In this document: positions 1 to 11,093 of the stretch, piece by piece | Layout of the letters: every line of letters starts with the position of its first letter | How positions within the stretch are numbered: the stretch's first letter is position 1 | Source of the DNA: an uncultured virus (IMG/VR IMGVR_UViG_3300035505_000652) | Taxonomy: Duplodnaviria; Heunggongvirae; Uroviricota; Caudoviricetes | Strand: one strand, 5' to 3' | IMG/VR virus record: IMGVR_UViG_3300035505_000652 | DNA: 64,000 nt | Position numbers and translations under genes: made by a program | The notes under the pieces: generated by a model | What the model was told of the DNA's origin: nothing | Seen by the model: the letters and a program-made list of their open reading frames with translations, nothing else | The model's database searches: none

Positions 1-24
1 AGGGAATTTTTAGCAAAATATGGG

Positions 25-207
25 TTGGAGGATGCTTGGGTTTGGATAAGGACAAATATCCTTGGACAACCTATAACATTTATAAGTGCCTTGATGGTTT
101 GCTTGATATTGTTTTTAATTGCCAGAAAGTGTGACAGTTTATTCATGCAGATATTATGTGGTTTTGCTTTTTTCTTTTTGCTTATAGCAAAAGTATTTAT
201 CGTTTGA
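25..207 (+). CDS. small hydrophobic membrane protein
   Basis: 60 aa with two hydrophobic segments; TTG start; at the window edge. Confidence 0.5.
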   Translation: MEDAWVWIRTNILGQPITFISALMVCLILFLIARKCDSLFMQILCGFAFFFLLIAKVFIV

Positions 208-225
208 TTTAAAGGGGGAATTTTT

Positions 226-477
226 ATGAATAGAAGTTGGCAAAATTCTTTAAGGAATATTAATTTGAAGGAAACATTTGAAAGTTGGGGATTGGGAGGC
301 TTTTATGAATTTATGAGAAGCCAAATCATAATGAACAACATGAGGTTTATGTGTATATGCGCATTCCTATTTATTATGGTATTTATGGGGTTCTACTTGG
401 ACAGCACCCCGATAAAGATTATAGCTACAATCCTATTGTTATTTATGATATTCTTTCGATTTACAATTCTTTTCTAA
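226..477 (+). CDS. small membrane protein
   Basis: AAGGGGG RBS, two C-terminal hydrophobic helices, terminator follows. Confidence 0.65.
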   Translation: MNRSWQNSLRNINLKETFESWGLGGFYEFMRSQIIMNNMRFMCICAFLFIMVFMGFYLDSTPIKIIATILLLFMIFFRFTILF

Positions 478-484
478 AACAAGA

Positions 485-512
485 AGAACCTCTAAAAAAG
501 AGGTTCTTTGTT
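485..512 (+). terminator. intrinsic terminator
   Basis: AAGAACCTCT-aaaaa-AGAGGTTCTT followed by T-rich tract. Confidence 0.75.
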
Positions 513-561
513 TTATTTTTAAAATCTTAAGTATATTCTATTTTTATCCAAACATATCTTA

Positions 562-610
562 AAACAAAAAAAATGCACAAGACAAGCCCATACGTCAAGT
601 CCTGCACACC
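562..610 (-). ncRNA. conserved-loop hairpin RNA candidate, copy 1
   Basis: 17-nt CAAGCCCATACGTCAAG (583-599) identical to 35352-35368; the minus-strand stems differ in sequence but both pair and are followed by a U tract. Confidence 0.45.
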
Positions 611-709
611 TTATAATATATCTGCGAATTTTTATAAATGTCATTGGGAAATAAACACTCATTTGATGGATGTAAAGGTTTTGGTTATTTTGCTTTAGTG
701 TGTTAAAAG

Positions 710-990
710 TATGTCTTTTGTAATGCTGCTTGGAAATTCTTGGGGGGTGTTCATCTCCAAACCTTATCTTTAGTAAAGCTCATCTTTTGTAAAATTTATC
801 TTTAGCGAAACCGCATATTGTGAAATATGCAGCAGTTTTGTCTTTTGTAAGCAAGATTTCTTTCGTGTACAAAATGTTTAATTCTTCATTTGTAAAAAGA
901 TTATCATTTGTAAGTTGTCTTTGGTATGTTTAAAATCTTAAATTATCTTTAGTAAGTCCCATACTTTTTGGGAAATTTGTCTTTTGTATA
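710..990. repeat. cluster of about 9 short direct repeats (consensus near TCWTTWGTAA), iteron-like
   Basis: copies near 712, 766, 782, 798, 840, 885, 903, 945, 979 in a non-coding region. Confidence 0.55.
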
Positions 991-1229
991 AACCAACCTT
1001 TGTATTTTTTCAATTCCATTAAATGTCATTTGAATTTATCTGTTGCATTTTGATAGTCCATCAAACGGTGTCTATGTATATATTATATTATATGATGGGA
1101 TATTTTACAATAGATTTACCCTATTTGTAATTTACATTTTTGCTAATTTAAAATAACAGTTTTTAGTTAGATAAAATCAATAAAAACTATTAAAAGGATG
1201 ACAATATGCCATCCTTTCACTTTTTTAAT

Positions 1230-1880
1230 TTAATATTCTTTTTGTTTCATAAATTTTACACTCAATTTATATGATACATAAATGATAATAAAGAATGCAG
1301 CCATTCCAAGAATGCCTCCCCATTTCATGAGGAAATCATTTAATTTCAAGATAATCTCAACTGTATGGTCAGACACATTTGTTACACTGTTTAAGAAATA
1401 TGTAAGGACGGCCGTTATACCCATTATAACCGCAATACATGACAAAAGCATAATCCTGCTCTTTTCGCCGCCATACTTGATTTGGAATGGGAGCATTATG
1501 CATTGGAACAACATCATGGACATGAATATTACCAAGGCTTGTACGACATATTCTACCAAATCCCCATTATATACAAATCCAAGGATAATCGTGGAAGCAA
1601 GCCATCCAACAAACGTGGTTATCGTGGCAAACAAATATTTTTCCTGAACATAAACCTTTCTATCCAAAGGCATTGTCAAGAAATATTCTATACAATTGTC
1701 ATATTCTTCCAATGACAATGAATTAAATCCCAACAAACAAAACACCATTGTTATATATGTCAATACCATCACTATGGAATCTGGCTTTACAAATCCATAA
1801 AAAAACATACAAACCAATGGGAACATAAGCTTTTTGCTTCTAAGCATCAATCTAAAATCCTTATAAATTAATTCCTTCAC
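1230..1880 (-). CDS. ABC-2 transporter permease
   Basis: multi-TM protein with LTMPLDRKVYVQEKY motif; overlaps the ATPase gene end. Confidence 0.85.
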   Translation of the reverse strand: MKELIYKDFRLMLRSKKLMFPLVCMFFYGFVKPDSIVMVLTYITMVFCLLGFNSLSLEEYDNCIEYFLTMPLDRKVYVQEKYLFATITTFVGWLASTIILGFVYNGDLVEYVVQALVIFMSMMLFQCIMLPFQIKYGGEKSRIMLLSCIAVIMGITAVLTYFLNSVTNVSDHTVEIILKLNDFLMKWGGILGMAAFFIIIYVSYKLSVKFMKQKEY

Positions 1881-2703
1881 CCTTATCCCCCCTCATAACT
1901 ACTTCAATCATATCATCAATATCAAAATTGCTTCTTATATATGGAAGGTAAGCATCTTTCTTTTTGATTATCAATGAATAAAAATCATCATCCTTCAATT
2001 CAAAAAGGATATCATTCTTATCAATGCTGCTTATATCCTCCATGTCAATCAATACATATTCATTCAATAAAGTATGGGTATTCTCCTTATAGATAATTTT
2101 GCCATCCTTCATAAAATAAAGTATGTCGCAAATTTTCTTCAAATCAGAACCTATATGGGAACTCATAAGGACCGCCTTGTTTGAAGACTTGGCGTATTTT
2201 TTAATTTTATTCAATAACTCATTTCTTGCCACAGTATCCAATCCAGATGTAGGCTCATCAAGTATTAAAAGGTTTGCATCATAACTCATAGCTATTAAAA
2301 GCTTAAGTTTTGCAAGCATGCCTGTTGAAAAGCTTTTGATAGCCTTATCCAATGGCAGTTTGAATTTTTCACATTCAATAATGAAATCATCATATACAAA
2401 TTTATCATATGCAATTTGAAGCATTCCAGCAATCTCCCTTATAGTAAGGAATTTTTGCATGGTGGCATCTGTAAGGACAACGCCAATATCCTTTTTAAGC
2501 TCACTGGTTAATTCCTTATGCCCATCCACTTCAATGGACCCGCCATCTATATGTATCAAATCCAATATAGCTTTAAAAGTAGTGCTTTTGCCTGCACCGT
2601 TTGCACCTACAAGCCCTACAATGGTATTCTCTTCTACTTCCATGGAACAATCCAATTCAAAATTTTCATATTTCTTCTTGACGTTTTCAAGTTTTAAAAC
2701 CAT
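1861..2703 (-). CDS. ABC transporter ATP-binding protein
   Basis: Walker A GANGAGKST, signature FSTGM, Walker B LLILDEPT, SSH switch. Confidence 0.95.
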   Translation of the reverse strand: MVLKLENVKKKYENFELDCSMEVEENTIVGLVGANGAGKSTTFKAILDLIHIDGGSIEVDGHKELTSELKKDIGVVLTDATMQKFLTIREIAGMLQIAYDKFVYDDFIIECEKFKLPLDKAIKSFSTGMLAKLKLLIAMSYDANLLILDEPTSGLDTVARNELLNKIKKYAKSSNKAVLMSSHIGSDLKKICDILYFMKDGKIIYKENTHTLLNEYVLIDMEDISSIDKNDILFELKDDDFYSLIIKKKDAYLPYIRSNFDIDDMIEVVMRGDKGEGINL

Positions 2704-2904
2704 GTTGTTTTCTTCCTTTCTTTACATATTCAATAAACTTCAAAAATAACAATCCAATAATTTTTTTTCTTTAATACTTCCTTTTCTTATTAATACCACT
2801 ATTATAACACCTCTATTATCATCCATTATTATCATCTTTATTGTTGTCAATATTAATCCCTTTAAATATATAAAAATATTTTTAATAAATTTTTTGTTTA
2901 ATGG

Positions 2905-2930
2905 ATAAATTCTCATGAATGAGAATTTAT
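2905..2930. repeat. 26-bp palindrome family A (first of 14 copies)
   Basis: ATAAATTCTCAT-GA-ATGAGAATTTAT; further copies at 8545, 10513, 14604, 14953, 18530, 21023, 24204, 24481, 37412, 46227, 46741, 53724, 58218. Confidence 0.9.
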
Positions 2931-3076
2931 GGGAGGATTTATAACAATGAGGATGTCTTGACAAAAAGTTGTTTGATAGGGGTTTGGCTTGCTATTTTAA
3001 AGTTGTCTCATTTATTATATAAATTTTAGGTTTAAATAATAAAAAAAAGAGGATTGAAAGGATTTAAAATTTGGTT

Positions 3077-3490
3077 TTAAAAATTCCTAGTCATGCCAAA
3101 AATGGTAGTTCCTAAGAATAAAGATAGTAACAAATAAGAGCAAAACCCTATGATATGGATGTTTGGGTAAATCAAGGATACCAACATCAATGAGATTATT
3201 GAAGGGCAGACTAATCCCAGCAAAAACAAGCTTGTTGCAATAAACCTCCAGAAACCATTGCCAAAAACAATAACATTCTCCAATAAGACAAATATGCTTG
3301 AAAACCCCATAAACAACAAATACAAGGCAATCCAAACAATTGCATACAAGATAGAGCCTATTATTAATGATGGGAAATCCTTTATATAGATGTATTGTGG
3401 AAATAACTTGGATGAGGCAAAAACAATAAACTCCATCCAGACAATGCTTATTATCTTGTTCACATGACCACTTCCTTTTATTCTTTTCAT
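3077..3490 (-). CDS. hypothetical membrane protein
   Basis: about 4 hydrophobic segments. Confidence 0.65.
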   Translation of the reverse strand: MKRIKGSGHVNKIISIVWMEFIVFASSKLFPQYIYIKDFPSLIIGSILYAIVWIALYLLFMGFSSIFVLLENVIVFGNGFWRFIATSLFLLGLVCPSIISLMLVSLIYPNIHIIGFCSYLLLSLFLGTTIFGMTRNF

Positions 3491-3611
3491 TTTTATTATA
3501 AATAAATTTAAAATATTTTATAAAAATAAAAGGGATGCCTTGTAAAAAATTCAAGACATCCTTTTGATAAATATTTTCATGGCTTTAAATAAAGTCCAAT
3601 CTTGTTTTATA

Positions 3612-4565
3612 TTAAAACATTTTTAGATTTTTAGAATAATTCAACCCATTAAATCCATCAATTAATATGCCGTTAATAAATGACATTTGACGGACTGCAT
3701 TACTGATATCCACTTTTTGGGATTTATAATGGGTTACAAGAAGCCTTCCATAATTGTATAAATCTGCATTGTAAAACAAACCCCTCAAAGATTCAATATA
3801 ATCAAAGGCTTCCACATCTCCAAGGATTGATTTAAGGGAAACCTTGCAAGAATCAAGAATCCTTTTATCCCCTGTCAATTCCCTGAATATTATTGTATCC
3901 ACGCCCATATCCATATAAAATCTTACAAATTCCAAAATCTTGTCAATGTTGTCAACATACCCCTTAATCAGGTTGCAGCTTATAACTACATTTGCATTGT
4001 TTGCTTTAAAAAATCTTACAATCTCTTCAATTTTTTGGTTGGATATATTGTGGCCTTTGAATATATCATTATTCTCATCTTCATCAATACAATTTCTTGA
4101 AATTTGTATGTTGTTTGTAAACCCATAATCAACCATGTATTGGCATAATGGCTTGCCTTTAAATTCCTCCAATAAATTATAGCCGTTTGTCAATACGCTT
4201 TTGCAAGGCATATTGTATTTATTGCATAGTTCCATGGTCTTAATTAAACGGTATGGATTGAGGGTTGGCTCTCCCCCTGTAATGACCGCCTCCATTTTCT
4301 TCCCTTTTAATTCTTTCAAGCATTTTTCCAATGTTGCCAAATATCCCTTGTTGTCAATATCACAATATGCATTATCTTTGTTAATGCAAAATTCGCAATC
4401 ATTTTGGCAGATGTTTGTAACGAAGATATTTAAGCTGCATGGCTGGGTTATGCCAATCCTTTGATTGAATATCTTTACATCCCTTATGTCTATAATTCCC
4501 AGATTATGTTTTTCCATTGTTGGACTTTCCAATTTGCTAAATTTTAGTATGCTCATTCCTACCAC
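3612..4565 (-). CDS. radical SAM protein
   Basis: CQNDCEFC (CxxxCxxC), ITGGEP, TNG motifs. Confidence 0.9.
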   Translation of the reverse strand: MVGMSILKFSKLESPTMEKHNLGIIDIRDVKIFNQRIGITQPCSLNIFVTNICQNDCEFCINKDNAYCDIDNKGYLATLEKCLKELKGKKMEAVITGGEPTLNPYRLIKTMELCNKYNMPCKSVLTNGYNLLEEFKGKPLCQYMVDYGFTNNIQISRNCIDEDENNDIFKGHNISNQKIEEIVRFFKANNANVVISCNLIKGYVDNIDKILEFVRFYMDMGVDTIIFRELTGDKRILDSCKVSLKSILGDVEAFDYIESLRGLFYNADLYNYGRLLVTHYKSQKVDISNAVRQMSFINGILIDGFNGLNYSKNLKMF

Positions 4566-4795
4566 CTTTGTTGCTTTGTAATAAAAGATTTACTCTTCAA
4601 TAAAAATCTTTTTTGCAATAAAATTTCTTTATTATTTTGTCTTCATAAATAATTATGAATGAAATGGGAAATTTTGTCAATATTAATAATGTTTTAAGTT
4701 AACAATTTTTTTATTAACAAAAAGAAGAATGGCAGATTTCAAAACCCACCATTCTTGCGTTTTGCTACTCCAACATCATCTACGTGTCTACTCAA

Positions 4796-6712
4796 CTAGT
4801 TGGAAGCGTCAAGATTTTCAGGAGCAGAACCATCCATGTCATTAATTGTATCCACAACAAGGTTTGCTGCTTCTGTGTCGTTTAAAACAGCTTTCTCTGT
4901 GTCAATTGTCACGTCTGATTTCTTATCCTTATATTGTTTAAAGATTTCCTGAAGTTCAGGACCTGAAATAGTTTCTTTCTCTAAAAGGACATCCACGATT
5001 GCCTGATGAAGAGCCTTATGTTCTTCAAGAATAGCCAATGCTTCTGACTGCAAGCTCTTTGACATTTTAACTATCTCGTCAAAGATAACCTTGTCATCAA
5101 CATTAAGGTCAACCAAGTTGACTGGACCGAACTTGTCAGACATGCCATAATATGAAATCATTTCCTTCATTGTCTTAGTAGCCTGCTTGATATCTGAACT
5201 TGCTCCAGTCGTTACTTTGTTCCAATCCTTGTATAACAGATACTCTGCACATCTTCCGCCATAGTCCATTCGTATCCTATCCTTCATTTCTTCAATTGAG
5301 AATAAGCCAAGCTTCTTTGGAGTTATAATATTTACTCCGCCTGCGCCGCTTGTTGATGGAATAATCGTAACTTTGCTTATATCCATATCACTAAGCAATC
5401 CAATAGTCGCATGTCCTGCTTCATGGTGTGCCACAAGAGTGATTTCATCAATATTTCTATTAGAATCATCTTTTGCATGGCCTTTCATTATCATCTTGAA
5501 GAATGCTTCATCTATACAATCCCTGTCAATAAATCTCTTATCCTTCTGTACAGAGATAAGTGCTGCTTCATTCAAAATTGCTTCCAAGTCTGCCGGACTG
5601 CATCCAAGTGTTTCCTTTGCCAATACGTCAAAATCAACATCTTCTGCAAATTTCTTATTCTTTGCATAAATATCGATAACTTCTCTTCTCTCTGCAGGAG
5701 TTTCTGGTAATGGAACGCTTATATGCTTGTCAAATCGTCCTGGTCTTACAAGAGCGTTATCCAAGTCTTCAAGTCTGTTTGTCGCACCGATAACCAAGAT
5801 ACCTTCTGAACCGTTAAATCCATCAAGCTCTGCAAGCAATGCATTTATAGTCTGCCTATGCTCTGTATTGCCACTGCTTAAATTGCTGCGGGAATTTCCA
5901 ATGGCATCCATTTCATCTATAAAGATAATGCATGGTGAATTTTTCCTTGCTTCTGCAAAGAGTTCCCTTACCCTTTTAGCACCCATACCTACATACATTT
6001 CAATGAAGTCAGAACCGCTTACACTATAAAAAGGCACGTTTGCCTCGCCAGCCAATGCTTTTGCCAATAAAGTCTTACCAGTTCCAGGAGGTCCATAAAG
6101 GATAACGCCTTTAGGAAGCTTTGCTCCTGCTTCTTTATATTTGTTTGGGTTTTTCAAGAAATCAACCAAAAGCATCATATCCGCCTTGACCTGCTTTAAG
6201 CCAGCCACGTCTTGGAAGGTTGTCCTTCTCTTGCTTACAGTCTTCTTACCTTTTGCTGTAACAATTTCTTCCTGTTTCTCATCCTTCTCAGGCTTGATTA
6301 GCTTGGAGTTCATGTTGCCTCCCTGCTGTTTCATAAGGTTTGACAGGAAGTATATCATAATTCCTATAAATGCGAAATTAATCAATAATGAGAATAATGT
6401 TGAGGTATTGACACTTTCCTTTTCCACAACCTTTACATCCATTTCAAGCATATCAAGCTTGAAAGTATCATAGTCTGGGTTTGAAGTTCTATATATAACC
6501 CCATCTGTTCCTAAAAACATAAATTCAGATTCACTAAAATTAATGTCCACTTCTTCAATTTGACCATTTTCAGCCATAGCCTTGAACTCATTATAGCTTA
6601 CATCTTGTATTCCATAAGAGCCGCTGCTGCTAATAAAGAGAACACTGAAAACAAAAGTACAAATAAGAAATGCCATTAAGATACTTAAAATAGCACCTTT
6701 GTTATTTTTCAT
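4796..6712 (-). CDS. ftsH: ATP-dependent zinc metalloprotease FtsH
   Basis: 2 TM helices, GPPGTGKT, FIDEMD, ATNR...RPGRFD, HEAGH zinc motif. Confidence 0.95.
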   Translation of the reverse strand: MKNNKGAILSILMAFLICTFVFSVLFISSSGSYGIQDVSYNEFKAMAENGQIEEVDINFSESEFMFLGTDGVIYRTSNPDYDTFKLDMLEMDVKVVEKESVNTSTLFSLLINFAFIGIMIYFLSNLMKQQGGNMNSKLIKPEKDEKQEEIVTAKGKKTVSKRRTTFQDVAGLKQVKADMMLLVDFLKNPNKYKEAGAKLPKGVILYGPPGTGKTLLAKALAGEANVPFYSVSGSDFIEMYVGMGAKRVRELFAEARKNSPCIIFIDEMDAIGNSRSNLSSGNTEHRQTINALLAELDGFNGSEGILVIGATNRLEDLDNALVRPGRFDKHISVPLPETPAERREVIDIYAKNKKFAEDVDFDVLAKETLGCSPADLEAILNEAALISVQKDKRFIDRDCIDEAFFKMIMKGHAKDDSNRNIDEITLVAHHEAGHATIGLLSDMDISKVTIIPSTSGAGGVNIITPKKLGLFSIEEMKDRIRMDYGGRCAEYLLYKDWNKVTTGASSDIKQATKTMKEMISYYGMSDKFGPVNLVDLNVDDKVIFDEIVKMSKSLQSEALAILEEHKALHQAIVDVLLEKETISGPELQEIFKQYKDKKSDVTIDTEKAVLNDTEAANLVVDTINDMDGSAPENLDASN

Positions 6713-6730
6713 AAATTTCCTCCAAAATTT

Positions 6731-7036
6731 TTAATCTTCTTTTGTGTCATCTTGTTTTGCATTCTTTTTTAATGCGTCTTTTTTAGCCTTCTTTTGAGCC
6801 TTGGTTTCAAATGATTTTACGCCTTTTGACATTGGTATAATCTCACTATAATAAACAACTATGTTGTCACAATTCAAGTCATCGCTTTTCTTTCCTGGAA
6901 AGCTTACCTCTATCTCACATTTTTCATCCATAAGATTAATAATGCGACCCCTTAAAGTTTCATCTTCAACATATGGATATAAAATCATATCACCAACCTG
7001 AAAGTCTCGTTGCCTATATCCTGTTCCTACTACCAT
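6731..7036 (-). CDS. hypothetical small protein (SH3/KOW-like N-terminus, basic tail)
   Basis: AAGGAGG RBS; co-oriented upstream of ftsH. Confidence 0.7.
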   Translation of the reverse strand: MVVGTGYRQRDFQVGDMILYPYVEDETLRGRIINLMDEKCEIEVSFPGKKSDDLNCDNIVVYYSEIIPMSKGVKSFETKAQKKAKKDALKKNAKQDDTKED

Positions 7037-7500
7037 AATTTTTTAACCTCCTTAAAATTCTTAATATCATAATAACATATTTTTTAATTCAATTCAAGGG
7101 GTTTTGGCAAATTTATTAAAAAAATTTTGTCTAAAAAAAATTTTTAGCAAAAAGTTTAAGATTTGCAATTATGGAATGTTTTTGTTTGCCAACTTGCCAT
7201 GGAAGCCTTTTATTGCATCATTGATATTTCTGAAAGAAATATCATTATTAATGAAATATAATAAAGCGAACATAGTTTTCTTATCCTGTCACTTATAGTT
7301 TTCAATTATTGAATGGAATAAGAGGATGGAATAAGAAATGAAAGGGATAAGCAAAGTTCTTTGTTGAAATATAAAAGACTTGAAGTTAAAAAAGAAGTAT
7401 TATAAGGAATGTGGAATATAAATTAGAGTTTAAAGATTAATCCAAGAAATATATTTTTTGATTTTTATATTGTTTAAATTAGGTTAGTAATTTTAATTTC

Positions 7501-7570
7501 CATGTAAGCCAAAACGTATATTCTTGCTTTCAAAATATTACTTAAATCAAACTGGTAATTTGGATTTTTA
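7501..7570 (+). repeat. 69-bp repeat family B, single unit
   Basis: cttgctttcaaaatattacttaaatcaaactggtaatt. Confidence 0.85.
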
Positions 7571-7714
7571 AAAATAATGTAGGGTTGTTTAAATTTTGAA
7601 ATCAAATCATCATTGTCGATTATTTAGATTTCAAATAAATTAAATATAAAACAAAAAAAAGATAAGATGCCTCTTTCACAAGAAGACATCTTATTTTGGA
7701 ATGCTAACACTTGC

Positions 7715-7981
7715 TTACCAGAGCAAGAATTCAAATTCCACTTTGCCATTACAAATATCCACTTGTTGCCCATTAGAAAGGATGCGAGACTTATTGACCA
7801 AAATAGTTTCCCCTTCAAACTCAGGTACTAATTGAACAATATCTTTATCCTCTGCCACTGGAATAACTCCATAGCACTCATAATCTTCACCGCCAAATTC
7901 ATTATTCCCTACTGGGATTCCTACGCGGAAATTAATTTGTCCAATTTTGATATCTTCCTTCTTAATTCTTATATATGTCAT
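7715..7981 (-). CDS. hypothetical protein
   Basis: AAGGAG RBS before ATG at 7981; terminator-like hairpin downstream. Confidence 0.65.
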   Translation of the reverse strand: MTYIRIKKEDIKIGQINFRVGIPVGNNEFGGEDYECYGVIPVAEDKDIVQLVPEFEGETILVNKSRILSNGQQVDICNGKVEFEFLLW

Positions 7982-8177
7982 ATTTCTCTCCTTGCCTTCG
8001 CCATGGTTGACATCCATGCTCCTGTCGATTCAGGTTTACTATGTATTAAAATACTTCTATAATATACTCACCTTTGTATTTTATATAAGTTATTCCAAAT
8101 TATTCCAAGAATTTACAATTTTTTTTACCCTTTATCAATTTTTTGCCAAGCCTAGATGCCTCCCCTTATCCATTAAA

Positions 8178-8202
8178 AAATATTCCCATCAAGGGAATAT
8201 TT
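8178..8202. repeat. palindrome family C (AATATTCYC-N3-5-GRGAATATT), first of 5 copies
   Basis: further copies at 25009, 30968, 38198, 58451. Confidence 0.75.
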
Positions 8203-8875
8203 CTATTAAAATAAAAAATTCTCCAAACTTTGTTTATACCCCATATCATTCTCCAAAGTTTTTTATTTCCATAGTGGAATAATAAAAGAGAAAATATAAA
8301 ACCTCCAGCGTTAATAAACCTTTATTTATTTTTTGATTATTTTCATTATCATTATTATTGTTACTATTATCCTCATCATTATTATCTTTTTCATTTTCAC
8401 TCAATATACTTCTCCCATAAAAAGGCAAACCCTTTATACAATTATAATACTTCCTTATTTAAAGAAAGTTTTAAGTATAGTTAAAGGATTATTTGACTTG
8501 ATGGGAGAAGGATAAGAAACATGATTTAATATATAAATTAAAGAATAAATCCACAAGGAATGTGGATTTATGAAAAGGAGTATTGGAGGGATTGGGATAT
8601 ATTGATTTTGTTGCGTTCTCCATGTAGATAATGATACAAGGGAAAACCTACAAGAAGATTGCATATTTAAACAAACATTGAATATTGCAAACTTCACAAA
8701 TCATGGAATGGATTAAATTCATTAATAAGTTTTCCATAATAATTAAAACCTTCCCAGCATATAATATAATAAAAATACAATCCAAGAAACCTTTGCAAGT
8801 TGTAAGTTTTCTTGGAATTATATATTAAAAATTGAATAAGAAGCAATTGTTTTTAAGAAAGAGAGGTAATTTTGT

Positions 8876-10315
8876 TTGGCAAAAAACAAAAAGAAAAAAC
8901 AAAACATTTTAGTTAGTTTTGTTGATGAACCTGCTTCTGAAGGAGTTACAGGCTCATTGGTTTACGTTGAAACTCCCAATCATAAAATCTTATTGGATGC
9001 TGGATTTTATCAAAGCAATGATACCAAAGTGGATTATGACATAAATAATAGAAACTATAAGGGCTTTAAAGTCAAGCAAATAGACACTATTATATTATCC
9101 CATAACCATGGAGACCATATCTTCCTTGCACCTGTCTTATATAAGAAGGGCTGCAATGCTACTACATATGTTCCAGCAAAATCATCGAAAATACTTCAAG
9201 CCATGTTGACTGATTGCGCATATATAAATGAAAGAGACATTGAAATGTTAAACAAAAGGCTTGAAAAAAGCTACCAACCATTGTTCGACAATGATGATAT
9301 AGATAGGTTTATGAACCATGTCGTGGAGTTGCCTGTAAAACAAAAAATCAAAATTGATGATGAACTTACAATTCAATTTATATATAGCGGACATTTGACT
9401 AATGGATGTCAAATCGAATTATATGTGACGACAAACAATAGAACTCAAAAGATTTTATATACTGGGGACCTTGGCAATAAGTTCATCCCCCAACCATTTA
9501 CAGAAATCTTGGAATATGTTGAGAAGGCAAACCTTGTAATAGCAGAAAGCACCTATGCAGGAAGAAAAGATTTAAAGACAACCATGAAGGAAAGACAAGC
9601 AGACTTGAATAAGTTGAAAAAGCTTGTATTGGAGCAGGTTGTTGAAAAGCAGGGAAGGCTGGTTATTCCAGTATTCGCACAAGCCCGCGCCCAGACATTG
9701 GTATTCCTATTATGGAAGTTGTTTGGAAAGGATAAAAACTTCAAGACAAAAATCTATGTGGATTCTCCATTAGCTTGCAAAGTATTTGAAATATATCTTG
9801 AAATATTGGAAGGTCCAGACAAAGCGGTTTTTGAAGAAATGCTTACTTGGGAAAACCTTGTATTTGTAAAAGACAGCGATATGAGCAAAGCCCTTGTGTC
9901 ATCAAAAGAACCTTGCGTTGTTTTAAGCAGTTCTGGTATGTGCAACAATGGACGTGTAAAGCATCATATTAAAAGCATTATAAATGATGAAAATGCTACA
10001 ATTCTTTTTGTCGGCTATGCAGGAGAGGGAACGCTTGCAGACAATATTAAAAAGAATGAAACCAAGATTGTTATAGATGGCGAGGAATATTTAAGGAAGT
10101 GCAATTGGGATATGCTTACCTCTTTAAGCTCCCATATTACTTATTTTGGAATGACTGAATATTATGGAAGCATCAATTGCAACAAGCTTGTCCTTCATCA
10201 TGGCGATAAAGAAGGGCAATACCAATTGAAAAAAGACCTTAATGAAATCTATACCCAAAAATGCAGGACTACAAATGTAATCATTGCAAACAAAGATTTG
10301 AAACTTGAAATGTAA
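8876..10315 (+). CDS. MBL-fold metallo-hydrolase, beta-CASP (Ysh1-like) nuclease
   Basis: VTGS, LLDAG, SHNHGDH, GH, YTGDLG, ESTY, SSSGM, SSH, LHHG motifs. Confidence 0.9.
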   Translation: MAKNKKKKQNILVSFVDEPASEGVTGSLVYVETPNHKILLDAGFYQSNDTKVDYDINNRNYKGFKVKQIDTIILSHNHGDHIFLAPVLYKKGCNATTYVPAKSSKILQAMLTDCAYINERDIEMLNKRLEKSYQPLFDNDDIDRFMNHVVELPVKQKIKIDDELTIQFIYSGHLTNGCQIELYVTTNNRTQKILYTGDLGNKFIPQPFTEILEYVEKANLVIAESTYAGRKDLKTTMKERQADLNKLKKLVLEQVVEKQGRLVIPVFAQARAQTLVFLLWKLFGKDKNFKTKIYVDSPLACKVFEIYLEILEGPDKAVFEEMLTWENLVFVKDSDMSKALVSSKEPCVVLSSSGMCNNGRVKHHIKSIINDENATILFVGYAGEGTLADNIKKNETKIVIDGEEYLRKCNWDMLTSLSSHITYFGMTEYYGSINCNKLVLHHGDKEGQYQLKKDLNEIYTQKCRTTNVIIANKDLKLEM

Positions 10316-10331
10316 AGCAGCTTTTGAATGC

Positions 10332-10360
10332 TTGACAATTTTTGAAAAATACATTATAAT
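10332..10360 (+). promoter_or_regulatory. consensus sigma-A promoter
   Basis: TTGACA-17bp-TATAAT. Confidence 0.8.
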
Positions 10361-10406
10361 CCTTTTAAAGGGATTATTGATGGACCATAAAGAAATCAAA
10401 ACAATA

Positions 10407-10438
10407 AGACCTTCCTAATCTTTGGAAGGTCTGTTTTA
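10407..10438 (+). terminator. intrinsic terminator
   Basis: AGACCTTCC-N8-GGAAGGTCT then gtttt. Confidence 0.7.
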
Positions 10439-10706
10439 TAATAACATTGCCAAAGGCTTAAACCATCAAAGTTTGTTGCAATGTACAAAATATTCCTTCC
10501 TTTATATTATCCATAAATCCACATCCATGTGGATTTATCCATTAACTAAAAAATATTAAGTTTTTCTTTTATTATTCTTAATTCTCCAAAAGAGATGAAA
10601 TTAGGATGATAAGGTAATAAGAAGAAAATTAAAATATAAGGAAAATTCTTTATATGATTTCAATTGTTGGACATAAAGCATAAAGCTTAAGAAAGGGGGC
10701 TAAAAC

Positions 10707-11093
10707 ATGAAATATAGGAAAGGGTTTGTAACCAATTCATCCTCATCATCTTTCCTCATAGCAAAGAAATATCTTGATAAAGACCAGCTAGAGGCAATAA
10801 GGAAACATATTGCAATGGCTAAATTGATGAAGATAGAGGAAGGGTATTATGATTATCCTTGGGATATAGAGGAAAATGAAGACTTTATTACCGGCTGGAC
10901 TTATTTAGATAATTTTTCAATGATGAATTTTCTTGAAAAGATAGAAGTTCCTTTGGTAAAGGTTTATTGGAGTGAATGGCCTTTTGACCTTAATGGAAAC
11001 CTTGACTGTTACAAGGAGAAAGAAAAGGAAGAATTGCTTGATGAGGATTGGAGGGAAATTCTAAAAGAACTCCAAAATAATGACAATAACTAA
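10707..11093 (+). CDS. conserved hypothetical protein with N-terminal FVTNSSSSSF motif
   Basis: MKYRKGFVTNSSSSSFLI; RBS AAGGGGG. Confidence 0.75.
   Translation: MKYRKGFVTNSSSSSFLIAKKYLDKDQLEAIRKHIAMAKLMKIEEGYYDYPWDIEENEDFITGWTYLDNFSMMNFLEKIEVPLVKVYWSEWPFDLNGNLDCYKEKEKEELLDEDWREILKELQNNDNN

Noticed and set aside
7520..7560. dif/Xer site identity for the family-B core (TTACTTAAAT)
   Set aside because: Only loosely like a XerD arm, with no convincing XerC arm at 6-bp spacing
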